Part shown: piece after piece, positions 8,115-16,820 of the stretch
Layout of the letters: the number at the start of each line of letters is the position of its first letter
Numbering within the stretch: position 1 is the stretch's first letter
From: a virus
Taxonomy: Duplodnaviria > Caudoviricetes
Virus record (IMG/VR): IMGVR_UViG_3300008110_007313
Direction: 5' to 3' (one strand)
Length of the DNA stretch: 64,000 nt
Translations under genes and position numbers: made by a program
The notes under the pieces: generated by a model
What the model was told of the DNA's origin: nothing
The model's database searches: none
What the model saw: the letters and a program-made list of their open reading frames with translations, nothing else

Positions 8115-8477
8115 TTATTTACCGGGTTGTGTCAGTGTTCCGTCCCAGTCGTCTGCTGGCGGGGTTTCTCGGAATGTTTTAATACGTTCTAAAAGATTGT
8201 CGTAAAAACTGTCAAGCTCGCCAGACCATTTTCCCTTGAGTGTTTCGCCGATGGCCTGCTCGCAGTACTCCCAGTGACGTTGCTTGTAGTGTTTGATTAC
8301 ATTTTCGTGCAGCTCTTTGAGATTTGCTGCCACAGGAAATTCGGTTAGTGGAATGCGCTCAATTAAACAGTAAGCAGTCACCGGCAACATTTCTGGTGGT
8401 CTACGCACAGTGTCTAGTTCCAATACCGTATAGCTGTCAGGTACGTTTTGTGCCACTTCGCCAAATATAATGTGCAT
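8115..8477 (-). CDS. hypothetical protein
   Basis: 120 aa ORF with SD AAGGA. Confidence 0.75.
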   Translation of the reverse strand: MHIIFGEVAQNVPDSYTVLELDTVRRPPEMLPVTAYCLIERIPLTEFPVAANLKELHENVIKHYKQRHWEYCEQAIGETLKGKWSGELDSFYDNLLERIKTFRETPPADDWDGTLTQPGK

Positions 8478-8498
8478 GTTAATTCCTTTTAAATATGT

Positions 8499-9290
8499 AT
8501 GATGAGTTTTGTATTTGATTTAATTTCTGATTTACATGTTGACACATGGGACGAAAACAATTGGGAAGGTATTGCTACCAGCCCAGTTTGTGTGGTGGCA
8601 GGAGATGTCAGCAAAGATCGAGCCCAGGTAGTTGACACACTGCGACGACTGGGTAAAACCTACCAAGCGGTGTTCTACATTGATGGCAACGACGAACATC
8701 AGGCCTATCTTGGTAACCTGGGCTACAGTTATGCTGATCTAGTTGGCAAAATTAACAAAATACCCAATCTAGTCTATCTACAAGACAACGTGGTTGTGAT
8801 AGATGGTGTGGCCATTATTGGTACCAATGGTTGGTGGGGATTTGATTTTGATCTAAGTGTAGACGGTCTTGCTAGTGCAGAATGGTACAAAGAAAAATTT
8901 TCTCTCAGTAACGAAGCCATCAAGGCTATCAGCAAAATGGCTACCAACGATGCTATGTATCTAATCAATTCAGTAAAACGCCTACAAACTCATTTGGACG
9001 TAAACAAAATTGTAATAGTAACTCACACTGTGCCTAACGCTGCATTGATCTCGCATGACATTGATCTAGAAGGCAAGCTCAAGTTTAATACCATGGGCAA
9101 CCGCTACATGGATCAGGTGCTAGATGCAGACACTGAAAACAAAATACATACCTGGTGCTTTGGACACTATCATGGCTCAGTGGATCAGCATAAAAATAAT
9201 ATTCGCTATGTAAACAACTGTAGAGGCAGGGGTGATACACCTTATAAAAAATATGTGTACCACCCTTTGCGTGTGGTTATAGATTATTGA
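8499..9290 (+). CDS. calcineurin-like metallophosphoesterase
   Basis: SDLH, AGD, GNDEH, THT, GHYH motifs. Confidence 0.9.
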   Translation: MMSFVFDLISDLHVDTWDENNWEGIATSPVCVVAGDVSKDRAQVVDTLRRLGKTYQAVFYIDGNDEHQAYLGNLGYSYADLVGKINKIPNLVYLQDNVVVIDGVAIIGTNGWWGFDFDLSVDGLASAEWYKEKFSLSNEAIKAISKMATNDAMYLINSVKRLQTHLDVNKIVIVTHTVPNAALISHDIDLEGKLKFNTMGNRYMDQVLDADTENKIHTWCFGHYHGSVDQHKNNIRYVNNCRGRGDTPYKKYVYHPLRVVIDY

Positions 9291-9595
9291 ACAGTGTCTG
9301 GTTCAAGTTTGATCTGCAATGGATAACTTTGAGCTCGGGCACTTACAGTAACTTCAATACCTTTTTGTTCAGCAATTTCGTAGGGCAACACCGCAACCAC
9401 AGCCGAACCTGCTTCATGAATATCTTCTGTGATGGTAAACGCAGTTTCTTCAGTGTAGTCAAAAAACTCCATTAAACTTTCAATCACAAACTCCATGGTG
9501 GTCTGATTGTCGTTGAGATAGATCACCTTGTACATCGGCGGTTCTTTGATTGATGTATTTGTTTTGACTCGTGATCTGATTTCAGATTGCGACAT
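9284..9595 (-). CDS. clpS: ATP-dependent Clp protease adaptor ClpS
   Basis: PPMYKVIYLNDNQTTMEFV..IHEAGSAVV..YEIAEQK..YPL. Confidence 0.9.
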   Translation of the reverse strand: MSQSEIRSRVKTNTSIKEPPMYKVIYLNDNQTTMEFVIESLMEFFDYTEETAFTITEDIHEAGSAVVAVLPYEIAEQKGIEVTVSARAQSYPLQIKLEPDTVQ

Positions 9596-10271
9596 TTTTT
9601 TCTCCTTTGTTGTAATGTGCATGAATTTGCACAAGGTCTTTGTTGATAAACTTGTTGTATTTGTGCCAGTTTCCTGAGCAATGTATCTGTGATGCCAAGA
9701 AGAATACACCACTACCAGCAGTATAACGGAAAACACCGTCGGGTGTCAACCAGTCCAAAAAGTGTTGCTGATGAACTGGGTCAATTGAATGTTCAAGATC
9801 TTCAGTTTCGCTGATGTTGCAGATCTTGGTTGCAGGATTGGGCGCAGGTGTAGCCCAGTCGTACAGCATTTGACTCAGGTGGTCGTTGCTGTTGGCTTCT
9901 TCTTTGCACAGTATCACATTGAATTCGGGATGCGTATCCAATGCAATAATAACAGTGTAGGTAGGAACATCAAAGTGTTTGCAGTAATCGTCCACATGTG
10001 TGCTGTGGGGCAGACTTTGACGCTGATAGTTGGCCCATATGTTTTCACACCCAGGCAAAAAGTGATGGGTGACTCTTTGTACAATATCCCAGCACTGTTG
10101 ACTTTTTGAAGGTTCAATCAACAGTCTATGATCAATTATGGGTCCTTGGTCCACCATGAGATGATCATCGGTAGTAGCATTCACGTACTTTTCTGTAGAG
10201 AATGTGTTGTAGTATTGTTTGAATAATTCAATCTCATCTGCAGAAATGAGATTGTGTTCGATTTGAGCCAT
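9582..10271 (-). CDS. hypothetical protein, possible 2OG-Fe(II) oxygenase-like
   Basis: HSTHVD..TVIIAL..QIHCS. Confidence 0.55.
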   Translation of the reverse strand: MAQIEHNLISADEIELFKQYYNTFSTEKYVNATTDDHLMVDQGPIIDHRLLIEPSKSQQCWDIVQRVTHHFLPGCENIWANYQRQSLPHSTHVDDYCKHFDVPTYTVIIALDTHPEFNVILCKEEANSNDHLSQMLYDWATPAPNPATKICNISETEDLEHSIDPVHQQHFLDWLTPDGVFRYTAGSGVFFLASQIHCSGNWHKYNKFINKDLVQIHAHYNKGEKNVAI

Positions 10272-10282
10272 GGTGTTCCTAA

Positions 10283-10306
10283 ACAGTGGCAGTTTCCTGC
10301 CACTGT
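10283..10306 (-). terminator. hairpin, probable terminator after hsp20
   Basis: 10-bp perfect stem ACAGTGGCAG/CTGCCACTGT; short U tract. Confidence 0.55.
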
Positions 10307-10319
10307 ATTTACTCTGACA

Positions 10320-10778
10320 TCAAGCAGTGTAGCTGATAGCAATGGTCTTTGGCTTGGCGTCTTCAGGAACTTCACGTGTTAGGTGTATGTTCAAGATGCC
10401 CAGTTCAAGATGCGCATTGCTGATCTCCACGTGGTCAGCTAATTGAAATTCTCTACGAAAACTTCTTTCACTGATGCCTTTGTGCAGATATTTTGCAGTG
10501 GCGTCTTCATTGTCCACAGTTTCGCGGCTGTGTTTGCCTTCGATGATCAAGACTTTTTTGTCCTTGGTCACTGAAAGATTGTCGTGCCCAAAGCCGGCTA
10601 CGGCCACGCTGATCATGTACTCGTCATCATTGATTTGTACAATATCGTAGGGTGGGTAGTTGGTGTTGCCTTGTTGCGCATTCAATCGCATTAGTTCATC
10701 AAACATTGAATCAAAACCGATACCAAATTTGTGAATTGCGGGAATGTCGAAAGAACGAAGGGTGAGAGTTTTTGTCAT
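10320..10778 (-). CDS. hsp20: small heat shock protein Hsp20 (IbpA-like)
   Basis: GIGFD, NYPPYDIV, VAVAGF, YLHKGISERSF, GILNI. Confidence 0.95.
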   Translation of the reverse strand: MTKTLTLRSFDIPAIHKFGIGFDSMFDELMRLNAQQGNTNYPPYDIVQINDDEYMISVAVAGFGHDNLSVTKDKKVLIIEGKHSRETVDNEDATAKYLHKGISERSFRREFQLADHVEISNAHLELGILNIHLTREVPEDAKPKTIAISYTA

Positions 10779-10851
10779 TTGTTTTCTCCTTTATTAAGCA
10801 AGATGACTTTTGAAATGTAGCCCGACCATCGGCACTACAAACATATTTATA
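10779..10851 (-). promoter_or_regulatory. T4-type late promoter plus ROSE-like RNA thermometer
   Basis: TATAAATA (10844-10851); bulged-G hairpin (10816-10839); CTTGCTT-AATA-AAGGAG hairpin hiding SD. Confidence 0.75.
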
Positions 10852-10870
10852 CAGGAAATCTCAACTCTTG

Positions 10871-11089
10871 TCAAGATTTTTCGATATTTTTTATTTCGTA
10901 ATCGCATGCAACCCAGGTCATAGCAAAAAGAGTAAAATGCTCTGGGTGATTTAACCCAAGTCGATATTTTAAGCCTTTGGCAACTTTGGTTGTGTAAGGT
11001 ATCTTGTAGCGGTTGGCCCAGGCGTTAACTGTATCTTTGAGACTATCGAAACTGTCCATGCTTGTGACAATATCAAACTCAATGTACAT
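10871..11089 (-). CDS. hypothetical protein
   Basis: 72 aa ORF coupled to rpsU. Confidence 0.7.
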   Translation of the reverse strand: MYIEFDIVTSMDSFDSLKDTVNAWANRYKIPYTTKVAKGLKYRLGLNHPEHFTLFAMTWVACDYEIKNIEKS

Positions 11090-11313
11090 TAGAACATTTT
11101 TTTGGGCAGTTCTTGTTCACGCAGTTTCTTACGCCAGCGTTGTTTGGCTGCTGACGCTCTGAGTTTGCGTTGAGTTGTGGGTTTGATATAGTGTTCACGA
11201 TCTCGCAGATCATTTAGCATGCCCGAAGCAGCAATTTTCTTTTTGAATTTACGCAAGGCACGATCTACGTTGCCGTCTTGTACCAGTACTGATCTTCCGT
11301 GTAGTTTTTCCAT
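11089..11313 (-). CDS. rpsU: ribosomal protein bS21
   Basis: ALRKFKKK..REHYIKPT..RKL..AAKQRWRKK. Confidence 0.92.
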   Translation of the reverse strand: MEKLHGRSVLVQDGNVDRALRKFKKKIAASGMLNDLRDREHYIKPTTQRKLRASAAKQRWRKKLREQELPKKMF

Positions 11314-11314
11314 G

Positions 11315-12502
11315 TCAGAGTTCTTTTGGACTATTTACCAAAGTTTTGTCAATATCTACGTGTTTAATGCCGTCTGAACGATAACGGCTCAGATTGTACA
11401 TGTGCGGCAGTAACACACGTTCAAGTTCTGAGTGCAGACCACGAGCACCTGTTTTGTTTTTAATGGTACGTTCAGCAATGAGATCCAGACTGTCCTTGGT
11501 AAACTCTAGGTCAACATCATCCTGCTTGAACAACCACTGATACTGACTCACGTAGTTGTGCTTGACTTCTTGCAGAATACGCACAAGATCTGCTTTATCC
11601 AGTTCTTGTAGAGCCACCCAAGTAGGAAAGCGCCCAACAAATTCAGGAATAAGACCAAATCTCACAAGATCATCGGGGGTCGTTTGATCTAGTTGACCCT
11701 TGACATCGTCTGTTATTTTAGCCCCAAATCCAATACTGGTGCCTTTGATGCGATTTTTTACAATGTTGTCTAGTCCCACAAAGGCACCGCCGGCAATGAA
11801 CAAGATGTTGGTGGTGTCGATTTCCACAGTTTCTCCTGTGGGATGTTTGCGTCCGCCTTGTGGAACAATACGACATTTGGTACCTTCTACCAACTTCAGC
11901 AAGGCCTGCTGGACACCTTCGCCTGACACATCGCGAGTGATACTGGCGCTTTCGCTTTTGCGACTGATCTTGTCAATCTCGTCCACAAACACAATACCAC
12001 GCTGTGTTTTTTCAAGGTCAAATCCCGAAGCGGCATACAGCCTTGAGATCAAACTTTCCACATCATCGCCCACATAGCCTGCTTCGGTCAGGCTGGTAGC
12101 ATCAGCAATCACAAAAGGCACATCCAGGTAACGTGCTACTGTGCGGGCCAGCAAGGTCTTGCCTGATCCTGTGGGTCCAAGCATAAGAATGTTGGCTTTT
12201 TCAATTTCGGTATTCTTGTCTTGATTGCCAATGCGTTTATAGTGATTGGCAATGGCCACGCTGAGTACCATCTTGGCCGCATCCTGACCGATCACATACT
12301 GGTCTAGATGGCGACGAATTTCTCTAGGATCAAGGCTGGGACGAGTTTCAGTATTTGTTACCGGCTGGTCTACTAGTAAATTTTGACAGAGGTCCACGCA
12401 CTCATTACAAATTGCAACGCTTTCGCCTACAATTAGTTTAGTCACGTTGTCTTTGTGTTTGCCGCAAAAACTGCAGGTATCAATAGATTTATTTTCGCTC
12501 AT
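11315..12502 (-). CDS. clpX: ATP-dependent Clp protease ATP-binding subunit ClpX
   Basis: CSFCGK Zn domain, GPTGSGKT, DEIDK, RKH loop, IGF loop, GARGL. Confidence 0.97.
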   Translation of the reverse strand: MSENKSIDTCSFCGKHKDNVTKLIVGESVAICNECVDLCQNLLVDQPVTNTETRPSLDPREIRRHLDQYVIGQDAAKMVLSVAIANHYKRIGNQDKNTEIEKANILMLGPTGSGKTLLARTVARYLDVPFVIADATSLTEAGYVGDDVESLISRLYAASGFDLEKTQRGIVFVDEIDKISRKSESASITRDVSGEGVQQALLKLVEGTKCRIVPQGGRKHPTGETVEIDTTNILFIAGGAFVGLDNIVKNRIKGTSIGFGAKITDDVKGQLDQTTPDDLVRFGLIPEFVGRFPTWVALQELDKADLVRILQEVKHNYVSQYQWLFKQDDVDLEFTKDSLDLIAERTIKNKTGARGLHSELERVLLPHMYNLSRYRSDGIKHVDIDKTLVNSPKEL

Positions 12503-13965
12503 GTGTTGGGTTTTGATTCGAGACGTTGTGCTACCTGAATTTGTTCGCTTTCGCTCAACATTTCAGGGTCGTATTCACCTGTTTCAATTTTGCTAATTAG
12601 GTGATCAATATAGGCCATATCGTAAGTATAATTGTCGTTTTGGTTTTTGTCAACCTGTATCCATTGGTTGCCATTGAATTTATGCAATATATTGGGCACA
12701 TAATCGGTGTTGATCCAAGTATCGCCTTTGTTTGGATTAGAAGGGAAAAGAGAACCAAAGCCAAACTGTGGTTTTTGCTCAAGATATTTGATCCATGGCA
12801 ACTCTGTTATTGACCCACGCTCCAGCAAAGAACGCTGATGCTTCAACGTGTCAGTGGGATTTTCTTGTTTCCAACGACTCATTGCCAGTTTCATGTCTGA
12901 ATCTTCTTCGTCATCTATGTTGTATGACAACTCAGGTTCCTCAATCAATGGTTCAGGTTTGTGGACTATGGGCTTGAGATCCTTGAAATGAGCAAATCCC
13001 TGAGTAAGATAAGGATGTTGCTCTAGTATGGATTTTTCTGGTTCTGGTTTGTCAGGCGACGGGAACATCCAGCCGGTGGGATGTGGGTCTTGAATAACTG
13101 GTTTATCTGCAACAGGCTCTACTTCTGGTTCAGGATCTGATTCAGATTTTTGTCCAGGCGCTAGACCAAGACGTTCAAACACTCGCTGTCGTTCCCACTT
13201 TAAACTTTCTGTAGCTGCCAACAGCATCATGATGGCCAAGGGATCAAACACAGCAACAATCACAATGATCACCCAGGTCACTGCTTTTTCCAGCAGATTA
13301 GCATCTGGGTTGTCCCCGTAGATCAACTTGGCAATGTATTTGATAGGGCCTACTTCGGCTTCAACTTTACGTACCTCAGCGGCAATAGGCGCTCGCTCTT
13401 CATTAAGCTGACTAATTGTTTTCTGTTCGGCTGCAATCTCGGATTGAAGTCTAACACGTTCTTTGGCTTGCGTTCTGCGGACCGCCACTGCTTTGTCGGC
13501 ACCCGTTTCCGTAGTACTGCGACCCATAATCTGGTCGACAGCTTCATCCATTTGTTTAAGAGCTTTGCGGTTTGCATCTATATTGTCCTTTGCTGTCTTA
13601 ATCTTTTCGTCGTACACTGCAACCTTGGCCTGCACGTCTCCGCCCACTAGGCTTTGGTCGCTGTGTGCTTTCGACAAGAAACCAAAAATGCCCATTGACG
13701 TGATCAGCATCAGCACAGCCACGGCAGGCACCAAGTAAGCTTTCATCAAGAATCGGCACTGTCGCCAGTATTCGTGCAGCCACAATGTGACCACAACCTT
13801 GCCCACCTCCAATATGCCGCCCATCACAATAATAGGGATTACAGCCGCGGCAAAAATTGCAGTGAGACCTGCAATGCTGTAATAGGCGGCAATGACTGAC
13901 AAACTCAGTGCTACTGCCAGTGTAACGTAGCTGAGAAACATAAGATTATTTATTGGTGGCACCAA
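12499..13965 (-). CDS. membrane-anchored coiled-coil protein
   Basis: N-terminal TM helices, long coiled coil, further TM (VFDPLA). Confidence 0.75.
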   Translation of the reverse strand: MVPPINNLMFLSYVTLAVALSLSVIAAYYSIAGLTAIFAAAVIPIIVMGGILEVGKVVVTLWLHEYWRQCRFLMKAYLVPAVAVLMLITSMGIFGFLSKAHSDQSLVGGDVQAKVAVYDEKIKTAKDNIDANRKALKQMDEAVDQIMGRSTTETGADKAVAVRRTQAKERVRLQSEIAAEQKTISQLNEERAPIAAEVRKVEAEVGPIKYIAKLIYGDNPDANLLEKAVTWVIIVIVAVFDPLAIMMLLAATESLKWERQRVFERLGLAPGQKSESDPEPEVEPVADKPVIQDPHPTGWMFPSPDKPEPEKSILEQHPYLTQGFAHFKDLKPIVHKPEPLIEEPELSYNIDDEEDSDMKLAMSRWKQENPTDTLKHQRSLLERGSITELPWIKYLEQKPQFGFGSLFPSNPNKGDTWINTDYVPNILHKFNGNQWIQVDKNQNDNYTYDMAYIDHLISKIETGEYDPEMLSESEQIQVAQRLESKPNT

Positions 13966-14266
13966 CTACCCTAACGGCTAATTTTACACTGATCCAACTG
14001 GCAAAGCTAGCGTCAGGAACATCAAACCATACATTGATCTTCTTGCGCTCCCAGTTGTTTTCAAGTTTGCGTTTTATACGACTTTGGCCAGACCAATTGC
14101 CGTGGCCAAAAACTCGTTGTGCTTCGCGGATGATAGAGTACCACTGTTTTGCACTCTCTAATTCAACCACGATGCGGCATAGGTGCATAGCGTCGGTCGT
14201 TGTTTTAAGCGGGTCAAGAGACTGCAACGTGCTATTGCTAGCAGAGGTTTCAATATTAACAGACAT
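13946..14266 (-). CDS. hypothetical protein
   Basis: 106 aa, SD AAGGA. Confidence 0.75.
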   Translation of the reverse strand: MSVNIETSASNSTLQSLDPLKTTTDAMHLCRIVVELESAKQWYSIIREAQRVFGHGNWSGQSRIKRKLENNWERKKINVWFDVPDASFASWISVKLAVRVVGATNK

Positions 14267-14462
14267 AAAGTCCTTTCACTGTTGGTTCCTACTGGGCTTA
14301 CACTCGGGTACCAGCCGAGTTTTGACTTGCGTCTAGGACAGTGCCACACCTCGTGGACTTACGCTGAAGAGCCACGGTGCATGTAAGGATCGATTCAAAG
14401 AGCTCACCCCCACAACCGTTCAGCCGCACACCATATCCTGGCCAGGTCCGACACTATGCAAT
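14267..14462 (-). ncRNA. candidate structured 5' leader or ncRNA
   Basis: About 200 nt non-coding stretch with several stems, GAC-GCAA-GTC tetraloop and a possible pseudoknot. Confidence 0.5.
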
Positions 14463-14466
14463 AAAC

Positions 14467-14495
14467 ATTTTACAGAAATAGTCGATGATTGTCAA
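14467..14495 (-). promoter_or_regulatory. sigma70 promoter
   Basis: TTGACA-17-TAAAAT. Confidence 0.85.
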
Positions 14496-15400
14496 GAAAA
14501 TTCTGCAACAATTTGATCTAATTCTTCTATCAAGAAGTGGTCATCGGGATTGTAAGCAACTCCTTGCCAACGCTTGACCTTGATTGGTTCTTCGGGTTTC
14601 CAATCATTATACCAATATTCACCGTTCCAGCCGGCGTGGTATTCATGACCAGTTTGAGTCTCAACGTTGTATTTGCCCTCACGCACAGGTTTGACTTTTG
14701 AAGGGAACCAATCAGTCAATTTGTACTTGATGTCGTCCATGTCGCGGTAGCGTTCGTATCCTGAGCCTTTGCTGGAGCCAGCAATGTAGAACGCATGATC
14801 AGAACCTTTGCCATTGGTATCGCCACCGTAGTTGTCCAGTTCCTGATCATCGTATTCCACGCCAACTACAATTTCGTTTGCGTCAAAATCACAAAGGTTC
14901 AACAACAGTTTTTCGGGGTCAAAAGGTTCTGTGAGTTCAATATCGGCTTCAAAAAAAGTACCCTTGTCGGATGTATAGCCAAAATACACAACAGTGCCAG
15001 GTGGTTGACTGTCAATCCAGACTTCTTCAAATGTGCTGAGTTGCACATCACACCCATCTAGGCCAGACAGATCTCGTTCGTAGACCACAGTACCATTTTC
15101 GTCAAGAACCTGCATGGTGCCTGCGTTACGGTCAACACCACTAACATGTCCAACGTCGTCGCAGTCATAGTATGATCCTGGTTCAAATGGTCGCATGTCT
15201 TCAGGAACATCATCAAACTCATCTCCACCCCAGGCATAGTCGGGTACACTGAGTCTGTGTTCTCTAAAGTAGTCGTAGATTTCACGTGACACCGTGCCCA
15301 TCACATACTCACCACCATAGCCCCACAGTTGGATTTTGTAGGTGCGTGGAGTGAATTTCAAATGTGCAATGAGCTTTTCTTGTTCTTCAATTGTGGCCAT
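14492..15400 (-). CDS. hypothetical acidic protein
   Basis: 302 aa ORF with SD. Confidence 0.8.
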   Translation of the reverse strand: MATIEEQEKLIAHLKFTPRTYKIQLWGYGGEYVMGTVSREIYDYFREHRLSVPDYAWGGDEFDDVPEDMRPFEPGSYYDCDDVGHVSGVDRNAGTMQVLDENGTVVYERDLSGLDGCDVQLSTFEEVWIDSQPPGTVVYFGYTSDKGTFFEADIELTEPFDPEKLLLNLCDFDANEIVVGVEYDDQELDNYGGDTNGKGSDHAFYIAGSSKGSGYERYRDMDDIKYKLTDWFPSKVKPVREGKYNVETQTGHEYHAGWNGEYWYNDWKPEEPIKVKRWQGVAYNPDDHFLIEELDQIVAEFS

Positions 15401-15854
15401 TATCTTTTTCCTTTACAAGTTTGCATACCAGCTGAAACTGTTCGTAGGCGTCACGAACAGCAGGGTGTGTCATGAGTTTATCTGCTTCGGCCTGCATGGC
15501 CTGCACCCCAGCTTCGGCACAGTCGCGCACACTGAGCCCATACAAGGTGCATAGTTCATCGCCCATTTCTTTGGCTAACTTGCGCCATGATTTTTGTTGT
15601 GCTTCTGTGATTGGGGTTTTCTGAGGACGTAGTTCTGCGGCTTTGTTGATAGCACGACAAATAGCATCTTCTGCGTAACGCCCTGCGGCAATCATAGGAG
15701 CAAGTGCTGGGTCAATGTTAAACCTACGACTAATCCCACCAGGATACACCATCACAAGGTGATTGCCTTTGTGAAAACTGTCCATGAGATCACTGTCGTA
15801 TTCTGCCACAGGTCTGTACCTGCGACCTTCTTTAGTGTAGTAAATTTTTTTCAT
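15387..15854 (-). CDS. hypothetical protein
   Basis: Start MKKIYYTK, coupled to upstream stop. Confidence 0.75.
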   Translation of the reverse strand: MKKIYYTKEGRRYRPVAEYDSDLMDSFHKGNHLVMVYPGGISRRFNIDPALAPMIAAGRYAEDAICRAINKAAELRPQKTPITEAQQKSWRKLAKEMGDELCTLYGLSVRDCAEAGVQAMQAEADKLMTHPAVRDAYEQFQLVCKLVKEKDNGHN

Positions 15855-16165
15855 TACAACCATGCATGGCATGACCATGTATTAAGATATCGCATACTGC
15901 CGTTAAATGTACCAAAATGTTTTTTGTGAAAGTTATCATACGCCTTCTGCCATTTCTTTTGAATAGGCTCAGGACTGTGACAAGCAAGATAGTGCAAGCG
16001 ACCAAACTGTCGGAAGACTATCTTCCGGTTGATCCTATATCCTACAGGATACCATTCTACACGGCTCTGCCAGTTGTAGTTGTCAGTGTGACCATACAGT
16101 CTACGCATCTTCATGATGCGTTTGGTATTCATGCTAGAACTAGGACGAAACTTATTTGCGTTCAT
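15854..16165 (-). CDS. hypothetical protein
   Basis: 103 aa ORF, coupled both sides. Confidence 0.65.
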   Translation of the reverse strand: MNANKFRPSSSMNTKRIMKMRRLYGHTDNYNWQSRVEWYPVGYRINRKIVFRQFGRLHYLACHSPEPIQKKWQKAYDNFHKKHFGTFNGSMRYLNTWSCHAWL

Positions 16166-16587
16166 TGGTAGTTCTTGTCCAATTTGGTGTTGGTGAGACC
16201 AGCCAGCATTTGAAATTGATCCCAGGCTTCTTTTACAGCTGGACGAGTTTCTAGTTCTGAATCCGGCAACACAGTTTCCAACCAGATTTCGCGACGGCGT
16301 GGTGGATGAAACCCAAACTTGCGAGGCTGGTGCAGTTTGCCTGATTCCCAGAGTTCAATGCTGACTTCACGAAAACGAGCTTCGTCTGTGTAGCCGTCCC
16401 ATTCAGGAGTACTCCACCCACCACCTAGATTCTGGCCACCACCGTAGCCTTGCCAGATGCTGGTCCATTGTTCGTCAATGCGTGGATCAAAGTCAGTGCG
16501 AGTGATCAACACCAACACATCGCGAATGTCAACTGTGCCGTCCACGATGTCACGCACACATCGACTGTAGCTGAGTCCAATTTTCAT
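16162..16587 (-). CDS. hypothetical protein
   Basis: 141 aa, MKIGLSYSRCVRDIV. Confidence 0.8.
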   Translation of the reverse strand: MKIGLSYSRCVRDIVDGTVDIRDVLVLITRTDFDPRIDEQWTSIWQGYGGGQNLGGGWSTPEWDGYTDEARFREVSIELWESGKLHQPRKFGFHPPRRREIWLETVLPDSELETRPAVKEAWDQFQMLAGLTNTKLDKNYQ

Positions 16588-16589
16588 TG

Positions 16590-16820
16590 TTATTCTCCAA
16601 AATACTTGATCACAGCATCCAGGTGATGGACCATGATTTCGTTTATGCTCACATCTTCAGGGTGCATCCACACGCCGCTAGGATTGGCGTCGGTCCGAGG
16701 ATTCTTTTTCCACTCCTTGAGTTCTTTCTTGAGATAGGTTCTCTGCTCTTTGAGTGTGAGCACAGTGATTCGATCAGCGGCTTCGCCGTCCAGTGTGATA
16801 GGTCCAATTCGTTTGCTCAT
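16590..16820 (-). CDS. hypothetical protein
   Basis: 76 aa, coupled to ligase. Confidence 0.75.
   Translation of the reverse strand: MSKRIGPITLDGEAADRITVLTLKEQRTYLKKELKEWKKNPRTDANPSGVWMHPEDVSINEIMVHHLDAVIKYFGE

Noticed and set aside
14300-14325. T-box antiterminator (UGGUACC) or RNase P-like motifs in the leader
   Set aside because: No second antiterminator helix, terminator or stem I; the RNase P-like words are far too close together
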